From assembly GCA_963677495.2 (NCBI GenBank), contig CAXXOU010000004.1, positions 1,120,001-1,184,000 of the forward strand: 64,000 bases of DNA, read 5' to 3'. The position numbers were made by a program, and so were the translations under genes. The first letter of the stretch is position 1, and each line of letters starts with the position of its first letter. This DNA comes from Candidatus Cloacimonadales bacterium (GTDB lineage: Bacteria > Cloacimonadota > Cloacimonadia > Cloacimonadales > JAFGVF01). Shown one piece after another: positions 1 to 7,741 of this stretch. The notes below the pieces were generated by a model that did not search any database, had not been told where the DNA came from, and worked only from the letters and a program-made list of their open reading frames with translations.

Positions 1-98
1 GGATCTGACTGTGAATACCAGTTAAAGCTTTGAGCATTCACATTCAGAATCATAAAGAGGAATACAATAGTCCCCGCAATTACATATAATCTCTTCAT
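1..98 (-). CDS. 5' part of a secreted protein, truncated by the window edge
   Basis: ATG at 98 opens MKRLYVIAGTIVFLFMILNVNA-QSFNWYSQSDP, a Sec signal peptide followed by mature sequence; frame runs off the left edge. Confidence 0.65.
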   Translation of the reverse strand, partial: MKRLYVIAGTIVFLFMILNVNAQSFNWYSQSD

Positions 99-290
99 TT
101 TGAAACAAAAATCTTGCACCTGTATATTAGTCAATATTTTAAATATATTCTAGGCTAATTTTGCCAGTAATCGTTATTGGAGTAACTCATAATTAGTAAA
201 AAGATTACAGAAATGCAAAAGATTGATTGACACATAATATATATAGGATTAGATAAAGACATGAAATTAAAATCAGAAAAGGGTACAACC

Positions 291-1520
291 ATGAAGAAAC
301 TAGTACTTCCAATTTTTATTATTTTAAGTAGTATGCTGTTTGCCACTGATAGTCATGGTGTTTTCACATTCCAAGATTATACAATGAATGACAGAGCTGC
401 ACTAATATTCGGAGAGCATTCAACAGATCCGGTAAGTCTGGGTATGGGTTCAACTGACATACTCAATTCAACTGATGCTAGTGCATTGTTTTATAATCCG
501 GCTAACATGGGATACTCAAGTACGCCGAATATTAACGCAGTGTTTAAACTAAACTTTGGTAGTCAATTTAATGAACTCTCGAAGTACAACCAACTTGTTG
601 ATGATCAGAACATTGATTATGATGCAAAATTCAAACTAGCTCAAGCTGCTTTTCTCGTTCCATTTGACATGTTGTTTAACATGCGTCTTGCTGTAGCTGC
701 CGGTTGGAAAACTAAGTATGATATGGCTTATAATAAAGAATATGAAAATCTAATGGACTACACAGTTTCAGAGGAACATCATGGTGGATTCAATGTTATG
801 TCCTTTGGTACAGCATTGAGTATCTTTAAGATCTGGTCATTAGGTGTCACCTATAACAGAAACCTCGCCAGTAGTTTCGAAGCAGACCTTACTCATGAAA
901 GTGAAAACATCGATCCAATCACTTTCGATCCTGAAGGTGACCTTGAAGGTGATTTCTTCAAGTTTGGGGCTACAATGGATTTTTCAGGGATGTTTACTGC
1001 AGCTGTGACTTATCAGCCTGAGTACACAATCGAATATGATGAAAAGAATAGTAATCTTACTGATTTTGACATAGAAATACCATCAGAAGTAGGTCTAGGC
1101 CTAACGTTCTATCATGATTACTTCAAATTCACTGGTGAGTTTAGAACAAAATACTTCTCCGAATATAAAATAGATGGTGATTTCTTTAATGACAATACAA
1201 ACGATGGTTTTGGTGTTAGATTAGGAATGCAGTTTAATACTATCTACCCAACTAGAATTGGTTTCAGGTATGAAAACGAACGTTTCTACGATAGAGAGAT
1301 TAACTACAATGTTACTGATTTATCCAATGAAACTAATTTCATGTACGGTTTTTCTGGTGGACTTTCAGTTCCTTTCGATCGTAATTCATCATTTGATGTT
1401 GGTTTTGAGTATGGTTATATCTCATGGGAAGATTATATAAATGAAGCTAATACTAACTACAAAACTGAATCCACACTACATAACTTCGTATTATTGATTG
1501 GTCTGAACTTTGGTATCTAG
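291..1520 (+). CDS. Outer-membrane beta-barrel protein, FadL/PorV (UPF0164)-like
   Basis: Signal peptide from ATG 291 (ORF opens at 261); motif SLGMG...DASALFYNPAN; alternating amphipathic strands; C-terminal GLNFGI. Confidence 0.7.
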   Translation: MKKLVLPIFIILSSMLFATDSHGVFTFQDYTMNDRAALIFGEHSTDPVSLGMGSTDILNSTDASALFYNPANMGYSSTPNINAVFKLNFGSQFNELSKYNQLVDDQNIDYDAKFKLAQAAFLVPFDMLFNMRLAVAAGWKTKYDMAYNKEYENLMDYTVSEEHHGGFNVMSFGTALSIFKIWSLGVTYNRNLASSFEADLTHESENIDPITFDPEGDLEGDFFKFGATMDFSGMFTAAVTYQPEYTIEYDEKNSNLTDFDIEIPSEVGLGLTFYHDYFKFTGEFRTKYFSEYKIDGDFFNDNTNDGFGVRLGMQFNTIYPTRIGFRYENERFYDREINYNVTDLSNETNFMYGFSGGLSVPFDRNSSFDVGFEYGYISWEDYINEANTNYKTESTLHNFVLLIGLNFGI

Positions 1521-1537
1521 TATATAGATAGATTATG

Positions 1538-1568
1538 AGACCTGCTATTTTTAAGCAGGTCTTTTTTG
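1538..1568 (+). terminator. Intrinsic terminator of the OMP gene
   Basis: AGACCTGCT-N7-AGCAGGTCT followed by a T run. Confidence 0.75.
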
Positions 1569-1576
1569 TTTATAAG

Positions 1577-1603
1577 AAAAGCTACCTCGATCGAGGTAGC
1601 TTT
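1577..1603 (-). terminator. Intrinsic terminator of the oxidoreductase operon
   Basis: Perfect palindrome AAAGCTACCTCGA/TCGAGGTAGCTTT just past the stop at 1625. Confidence 0.7.
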
Positions 1604-1624
1604 AATCTATCGAAAAGAAATTAC

Positions 1625-2161
1625 CTATTTAGTAATTTCCATTCCTCTCTGAATAGCAATAAGATTCATTTCTAGAAGAGCAGGATTCTTCTTCTCAAGG
1701 AAAGAAGTAAGGTCTTCTTTGATTGTCTCATATTTGATGAGTCCTGTTTTACCGATAATCATACCGATAGAAACCATATTAAGAACCTTCTGAGAACCAA
1801 TCTCTTTAGCAATTTCAGACATGTTAGCTTCAACGATATCAACATCATCTCTGTTAAGAGCATTTGGACACATATCTTTGTTGACGATAATAAGGCCACC
1901 CTCTCTTACGTCCGGACCAAATTTGTCCAATGATGGTTGATTAAGAGCTACAAGGATATCTGGGAAAGATACGATTGGTGAAGCAACAGGATTATCTGAG
2001 ATAACAGCTGATACGTTTGCTGTTCCACCACGCATTTCAGGACCATATGATGGTAACCAAGATACGTTCTTTCCTTCTTTCATTCCAGCTTTAGCAAGGA
2101 ATTTACCGATTGTGAGTGAACCCTGTCCACCGAATCCGGAGCAGATAATTTCACATTTCAT
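1625..2161 (-). CDS. 2-oxoacid:ferredoxin oxidoreductase gamma subunit
   Basis: GFGGQG and PSYGPEMRGG motifs; operon with alpha, beta and delta subunits. Confidence 0.93.
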   Translation of the reverse strand: MKCEIICSGFGGQGSLTIGKFLAKAGMKEGKNVSWLPSYGPEMRGGTANVSAVISDNPVASPIVSFPDILVALNQPSLDKFGPDVREGGLIIVNKDMCPNALNRDDVDIVEANMSEIAKEIGSQKVLNMVSIGMIIGKTGLIKYETIKEDLTSFLEKKNPALLEMNLIAIQRGMEITK

Positions 2162-2904
2162 TATTCTTCTCCTTTATCTCTGAATTTTTGTACTTTGAAG
2201 AAAGGTAACATATTCTCTTTAGCCCATGCTAATGATTGAACAGGATCCATTCCCCAGTTAGTTGGACATGTTGAGATAAGCTCAACAAAAGTGAATCCAC
2301 GTCTTTCTTTATTATAGGTAAGAGCTTTCTTCACAGCTTTTTTGGCTTTCATAATATCCTGAGGAGTGAGAAGAGATACACGCTCAATATAATATGGAGC
2401 AATAAGTGTATTAAGCATCTCACAAACCTGAATTGGATGTCCGATATCATCTGTATCTCTACCATATGGTGAAGTAGTAGTCTTCATACCCGGAAGAGAT
2501 GTTGGAGCCATCTGACCGCCTGTCATACCGTAAATAGCGTTGTTTACGAAGAAAACAGTCATGTTCTCACCACGGTTAGCTGCATGAACGATTTCAGCAG
2601 TACCAATAGCTGCAAGGTCACCATCGCCTTGATATGTGAACACTTGCATTTCAGGTCTAGCTCTGAGCATACCTGTAGCAACAGCAGGAGCTCTACCATG
2701 AGCAGCCTGAGCCATGTCAAAATCAAAGAATTTATAAGCAAAAACAGAACAACCAACTGGTGCTACACCTGTAGCTGTATTCTGAATGCCGAGTTCATCA
2801 ATAGCTTCAGCTACAAGACGATGAGCAACACCGTGCAAGCAACCTGGGCAATATGTAAATTGAAGATCAGTAAGTGATTTAGGTCTTGATGCAATAACTT
2901 CCAT
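2161..2904 (-). CDS. 2-oxoacid:ferredoxin oxidoreductase beta (TPP-binding) subunit
   Basis: YCPGC, GCS, HGRAPA and QGDGD...NNAIYGMTGGQ motifs. Confidence 0.93.
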   Translation of the reverse strand: MEVIASRPKSLTDLQFTYCPGCLHGVAHRLVAEAIDELGIQNTATGVAPVGCSVFAYKFFDFDMAQAAHGRAPAVATGMLRARPEMQVFTYQGDGDLAAIGTAEIVHAANRGENMTVFFVNNAIYGMTGGQMAPTSLPGMKTTTSPYGRDTDDIGHPIQVCEMLNTLIAPYYIERVSLLTPQDIMKAKKAVKKALTYNKERRGFTFVELISTCPTNWGMDPVQSLAWAKENMLPFFKVQKFRDKGEE

Positions 2905-2913
2905 TAGAACCTC

Positions 2914-3993
2914 CTATAATTTCTCTAAAAGCTGCTGTTTCACTTCTGCTGGAGTGAATACAATACCGCCAACTTTGCCGTAGAATTCAACCGGAACTTT
3001 ACCGGCTACAGCAATCTTCACATCATCAAGCATCTGACCAAGATTTAACTCAAATACATGAACGAGTTTAGTCTTAGCTGTGATTCTTTTTGCAATCTGC
3101 TCATATGGGAAAGGCCATACAGTGATAGGACGGATAAGTCCAACATTGTGTCCTTCTTCTTTGAGCTCATCAATAGCGGATTTAACAACTCTTGAAGCTG
3201 TACCGAATGATACACAGAGGATCTCATTGTCATCATTCACATTATATTCTTCGAAAAGAAGTTCATTCTTTTCAATAACTTTATATTTTCTTTCTAACTC
3301 TTCAACATGCTCTTCAAGAACCTTAGGGTCGATTTCAAGAGAGTTGATTTCGTTATGGTGATGTCCGGGACCATCAACGTTAGGGTTGATACACCAATCA
3401 TTATGCTGTTTATCTAACTCAGCGATCTGAGCATCAGTTAATGGCTCTTTGAACTCTACAGGTTCCATCATCTGACCAAGCATACCGTCAGAAAGAATCA
3501 TAACAGGGTTACGATATTTGTCTGCTAAGTCGAAAGAAAGAGAAGCCATATCAGCGAATTCCTGAACTGAACTAGGAGCAAGAACGATAAGTCTATAGTC
3601 ACCATGTCCACCACCTTTACAAGCTTGGAAATAGTCACCTTGAGCAGGCTGGATATCACCAAGACCAGGTCCACCACGCTGTACGTTCACAATAACAGCA
3701 GGTAAGTTAGCACCGGCACAATATGAGATACCTTCCATTTTGAGTGAGATACCGGGTGAAGATGAAGAGGTCATAACTCTTTTACCTGAACCGGCAGCTC
3801 CATATACCATGTTAATAGCAGAAACTTCAGACTCAGCCTGAAGGAAACAGCCATCAACTTTCGGCATCATTCTAGACATATATTCAATCAATTCACTTTG
3901 TGGTGTAATAGGATAAGCAAAGTATAATCTACAACCTGCTCTAATAGCCGCTTCAGCAACTGCCTCATTACCTTTCATTAAAATTTTAGCCAT
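2914..3993 (-). CDS. vorB: 2-oxoacid:ferredoxin oxidoreductase alpha subunit (VorB-type, branched-chain 2-oxoacids)
   Basis: KGNEA, YPITPQSE, QAESE, SSSPGISL and RGGPGLG motifs. Confidence 0.88.
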   Translation of the reverse strand: MAKILMKGNEAVAEAAIRAGCRLYFAYPITPQSELIEYMSRMMPKVDGCFLQAESEVSAINMVYGAAGSGKRVMTSSSSPGISLKMEGISYCAGANLPAVIVNVQRGGPGLGDIQPAQGDYFQACKGGGHGDYRLIVLAPSSVQEFADMASLSFDLADKYRNPVMILSDGMLGQMMEPVEFKEPLTDAQIAELDKQHNDWCINPNVDGPGHHHNEINSLEIDPKVLEEHVEELERKYKVIEKNELLFEEYNVNDDNEILCVSFGTASRVVKSAIDELKEEGHNVGLIRPITVWPFPYEQIAKRITAKTKLVHVFELNLGQMLDDVKIAVAGKVPVEFYGKVGGIVFTPAEVKQQLLEKL

Positions 3994-4003
3994 ATCATTC
4001 TCC

Positions 4004-4207
4004 TTACTTTTCGACAGTAATAGCTACATCAGGACATGTTAAGTAGCACATTTTACATGCTATACATTTTTCCTGATCAATGCATTCAGCATAGTGATAA
4101 CCTTTAGAGTTTATGTTCTCAGAAAATTGAATAATCTTCTTAGGACATGCTTGAATACAGAGTCCGCAACCTTTGCAATACTCTGGATTAACTGTCATTC
4201 TTGCCAT
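4004..4207 (-). CDS. 2x[4Fe-4S] ferredoxin, oxidoreductase delta subunit
   Basis: CKGCGLCIQACP and CIACKMCYLTCP. Confidence 0.92.
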   Translation of the reverse strand: MARMTVNPEYCKGCGLCIQACPKKIIQFSENINSKGYHYAECIDQEKCIACKMCYLTCPDVAITVEK

Positions 4208-4232
4208 AAGTTACTCCTTCTAATATATAAAT

Positions 4233-5447
4233 TTATATTTCTCTTTTTAAAAGTCTTGTTAGTCTGCCAATACCTTCAACATTCTGCTCATTAGTTGCAT
4301 AAGAGAAGTTAATACGCATTGTATTTGTTCCTGAACCATCGCAGAAGAAAGATTGTCCGGCAACGAAGGCAACATTCTCTTCTTTAATAGCTTTCTTAAG
4401 CAGATCATTAGTGTTTATCTTCTCAGGTAATGTAACCATCAAGAATAACCCACCCTCAGGCTGAGTCCATTTAACACCATCAGGCATCTCTGCATCAAAC
4501 ATATCAAGCATAGTCTTCTGCTTAGCACTATACATTTTGATAATCTTCTGAATGTTAGTATCTAATAATCCTTTTTCAAGGTATCTGGCAGCAATGCGTT
4601 GATTAAATGGAGGAGTACAAAGGTCAGTAGCCTGTTTTGCAACAACAAACTTGTCTACGATCTCAGGATCTGCAATTACCCAACCAATTCTAAAGCCGGG
4701 AACGAAGAGTTTTGAGAATGTACCAAGCAACATTACATGACCGGTTCCATCGAGTTCATACATTGTTTTCTGGTGTTCACCGGTGAAACGAAGCTCTCTA
4801 TATGGGCTATCTTCAAGGATAAGAACATCATACTTATGAGCGATGTCAATAATCTCTTTTCTTCTCTTTTCGCTCATTGTAATACCAGCAGGATTCTGGA
4901 AATCAGGGATTACATAGATGAATTTAGGCTTAATGTTATTCGCCTGTAACTCTTGAAGTTTCTTCTCTAGAAGTTCTGCACTCATTCCATCATCATCAAG
5001 TGGAATACCTTCCATCTTTGCACCGTATGAGTTAAATGCACTGAGTCCACCAAGATACGATGGTAAACCAACTAAAATTGTGTCACCACGATTAATGAAA
5101 ATCTTTGCAACTAAGTCCAATGCCTGCTGTGATGCAGTTGTGATAATAAGATTGTCTGTAGTAATATCCAAACCTTGTCTTTTATATCTACAAACAAGCT
5201 GTTCTCTAAGAAGATTGTCACCTTCTGTTGCACCATATTGCATTGCTTTTCCGGCTTCAACTTCATTATCCATTAACTCACACATAATTTGCTTGAGTTC
5301 TGCTCTTGGAAAAGAACTTGGAGCAGGTAAACCACCGGCAAATGAAATGATTTCAGGTCTCGCTACAAGCTTAAGAAGCTCTCTTATCGCTGATCTTTTC
5401 ATACCTTTAACGCCAACTGAAAGAGCGCTGTTTAAGTCCTTAATCAT
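4233..5447 (-). CDS. PLP-dependent aminotransferase class I/II (LysN/aromatic type)
   Basis: ISFAGGLP, FQNPAG, EDSPY and GTFSKLFVPGFRIGW; SD GAGGAGG favours ATG 5447. Confidence 0.9.
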   Translation of the reverse strand: MIKDLNSALSVGVKGMKRSAIRELLKLVARPEIISFAGGLPAPSSFPRAELKQIMCELMDNEVEAGKAMQYGATEGDNLLREQLVCRYKRQGLDITTDNLIITTASQQALDLVAKIFINRGDTILVGLPSYLGGLSAFNSYGAKMEGIPLDDDGMSAELLEKKLQELQANNIKPKFIYVIPDFQNPAGITMSEKRRKEIIDIAHKYDVLILEDSPYRELRFTGEHQKTMYELDGTGHVMLLGTFSKLFVPGFRIGWVIADPEIVDKFVVAKQATDLCTPPFNQRIAARYLEKGLLDTNIQKIIKMYSAKQKTMLDMFDAEMPDGVKWTQPEGGLFLMVTLPEKINTNDLLKKAIKEENVAFVAGQSFFCDGSGTNTMRINFSYATNEQNVEGIGRLTRLLKREI

Positions 5448-5647
5448 CTTGTTCCTCCTCAATCTATTTTTTTTGATTAAAATCGATAAATGCTCAATAT
5501 TAAACTTTCGTTTAAGAAATTGCTTTTTAAATAATTAGTCAACCTTTTTTCAACTTTAAAGGAAGTTTTTTACATGACCCTTTTTACACTGATTTACATG
5601 ACAACATACATCTACCTAAATAACACTCAGTTAGCTTTTTGTTAAGA

Positions 5648-6928
5648 TTAGGAATGAATATATTTCATCTGCTTAAATTTTGTTATTTGCTCCGTAACAT
5701 CCCTCAATAATACCTTGTCTGCACGAACAGTTAAATGGAACTCTTCATTCTCTTCATCACAATCAAGTGAAACTATCTCAGCCCTTTTTTCAATAAAGCT
5801 TATCAGCTTCTCCATCTGAAGAGGAATACGGAGAACTTGCTCTTGTTTTCGATTCTCAAGTAATGAGCAAATGAATTCGAGTGTATCTTCTGCAAAATCT
5901 TTTGAAATAGCTGAAACAAAGATACTTCTTTTGAACTCCTCTTTCAACTGCTTCTTCAGAAGTTTGTATCCCATACCACCAACTAAGTCGATTTTGTTAA
6001 ACACATAACAAACAGGGACATGAGCTGCTCCAATCTCTTTCAAAACACTATTCACAGCTTTTATATTCTCTCTGAAATCAGGATCAGATAAATCCACTAC
6101 ATGCAATAAAAGATCGGCATTAATAACTTCTACAAGTGTTGAATGAAATGATTCAACCAAGCAGTGTGGCAATTGCTTGATAAAGCCAATCGTGTCAGTC
6201 AGAATGGACTGATTGCCTTTAGGTACAGGTATATATCTTGACGATGGGTCTAAAGTAGCAAAGAGCTGATTAGCTACAAAGGCATTAGACTTAGTAAGGT
6301 TGTTAAAAAGTGTTGATTTACCTGCATTTGTGTAACCTACAAGAGAAATTACTTTAAATGCATTACGCTTTTTCCTTTTAGTGTAAGTAGTTTTACGTAC
6401 TTCTTCAAGCTTATTCTTCAAGTGTTGAGTACGCTTTTGAATCAGTCGCCTATCGATTTCAATCTGCTTTTCACCCGGACCTCTGGTACCAATACCACCC
6501 TCAATTCTTGAAAGATGCTTCCAAAGATGTTTCAATCTGGAATAGTTATATTCTAACTGTGCCAGTTCAACCTGGAGCTTCGCCATCTTTGTTCTGGCAT
6601 GGGTAGCAAAAATATCAAGAATGAGCTGGGTTCTATCTATAACCTTACATCCTGATAGATTAGTAATATTCTTTGCTTGGGATTGACTTAAGTCATCGTT
6701 AAAAATCAGGGTATTAACTTCCCTGATTTTACAAATATTTGTAATCTCTTCTAACTTACCTTTACCAATATAATAAACCGGGTTGGGCTTCTCGAAGGTT
6801 TGCACAATCTCAGCAACAACCTCTACTCCGGCTGTTTCACTCAACATCCTGAGTTCAGTCATACGTCGCTTATAATTATGTCTTTTTACCTCTTTGAGAT
6901 GGCCCCCGATAATAATTACTTTTTCGAT
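5648..6928 (-). CDS. hflX: GTPase HflX; probable non-canonical ATC start at 6928, first ATG at 6862
   Basis: GYTNAGKS, LFATLD, DTIGF, NKID and RGPGE motifs; the in-frame extension IEKVIIIG resembles the HflX N-terminus. Confidence 0.93.
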   Translation of the reverse strand: MEKVIIIGGHLKEVKRHNYKRRMTELRMLSETAGVEVVAEIVQTFEKPNPVYYIGKGKLEEITNICKIREVNTLIFNDDLSQSQAKNITNLSGCKVIDRTQLILDIFATHARTKMAKLQVELAQLEYNYSRLKHLWKHLSRIEGGIGTRGPGEKQIEIDRRLIQKRTQHLKNKLEEVRKTTYTKRKKRNAFKVISLVGYTNAGKSTLFNNLTKSNAFVANQLFATLDPSSRYIPVPKGNQSILTDTIGFIKQLPHCLVESFHSTLVEVINADLLLHVVDLSDPDFRENIKAVNSVLKEIGAAHVPVCYVFNKIDLVGGMGYKLLKKQLKEEFKRSIFVSAISKDFAEDTLEFICSLLENRKQEQVLRIPLQMEKLISFIEKRAEIVSLDCDEENEEFHLTVRADKVLLRDVTEQITKFKQMKYIHS

Positions 6929-6935
6929 ACTAAGT

Positions 6936-7226
6936 TCACTCCTTTTCGTAAACTAATATCTTTTTATGATCTTCACGCCATTTAAGATAGGCTTGTTTAA
7001 CTTCCAGTTCCCAGAGAGTTCTTTTATCTTCCGATTCAAATGTCAGTATATCAATGTAATGCTTACGGTTATTTCTACCGATAAAAGTCTTCTGAGGTAT
7101 CTCTATTTTGAGATTACCATCTCTACTGATAATTGTCACTTCATTTAGAAAGATACCCGGCATTATCTCTATAACTGCACGAGCCTGAACTATTCCTGTT
7201 GGAACATCACGAAATTTGATTTTCAT
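6936..7226 (-). CDS. SpoVG-like nucleic-acid-binding protein
   Basis: Pattern resembles SpoVG (ARAVIEI..GIFLNEVTII...LKIEIPQK...YIDI...R...V..AY); 96 aa; SD AGGA. Confidence 0.55.
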   Translation of the reverse strand: MKIKFRDVPTGIVQARAVIEIMPGIFLNEVTIISRDGNLKIEIPQKTFIGRNNRKHYIDILTFESEDKRTLWELEVKQAYLKWREDHKKILVYEKE

Positions 7227-7377
7227 TACTACGTCCTATTTTTACTTATAAGTTTTAATTAGTAAATTGCTTTCCATAGGTTTAATTGTCAATCAAAATC
7301 TGGTTATTAATTATCCATATTCGGTGTTATCAGTAGTCCAAATGCCATCACTTGCACATAGCTACAATGATATCCGA

Positions 7378-7680
7378 ACCTTCGGAATGGTCGCAGACCT
7401 TGCGAATGGTTGTACTTCGAAGGAACTATCTCGGACTTGCACCGCAACGAAGTGTGGGGTGAGAATGCGACAAGCTTTGAAGTTCAGGATTAAGCTAATA
7501 ATCCTAGGTTCTTAACACGAGAACGAATCAGACTTAGAGTAAAGGATTTAGCATATCACACTTCAAAACCTTCGGAATGGTCATTAGACCTTGCGAATGG
7601 TTGGAATACGAAGGAAATGTCTCGGACTTGCGTTTTAGCGATAGCACTTGAGAAGGTCTTAGGACTATTCTCAAGGTAGT
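7378..7680. repeat. Cluster of REP-like palindromes (ACCTTCGGAATGGTC family and GGACTTGC module)
   Basis: Copies at 7378-7410 and 7568-7601, inverted copy at 7647-7680; ~64-bp block duplicated at 7377-7440 and 7567-7631. Confidence 0.8.
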
Positions 7681-7705
7681 ATACTTTCATCAGACGACCG
7701 CTCCA

Positions 7706-7740
7706 GCTATAGGCTTTAGGCTTTAGGCTATAGGCTATTA
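7706..7740. repeat. Heptamer tandem repeat (TAGGCTW)n
   Basis: gctataggctttaggctttaggctataggctatta; related run at 43086-43111. Confidence 0.75.
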
Positions 7741-7741
7741 T

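Noticed and set aside
5568..5636. TACATG-like repeats upstream of the aminotransferase
   Set aside because: Irregular spacing and low complexity; cannot be separated from chance
7267..7515. 82-aa ORF, and the similar 19590-19790 ORF
   Set aside because: They run through palindromic repeats or terminators from weak TTG starts
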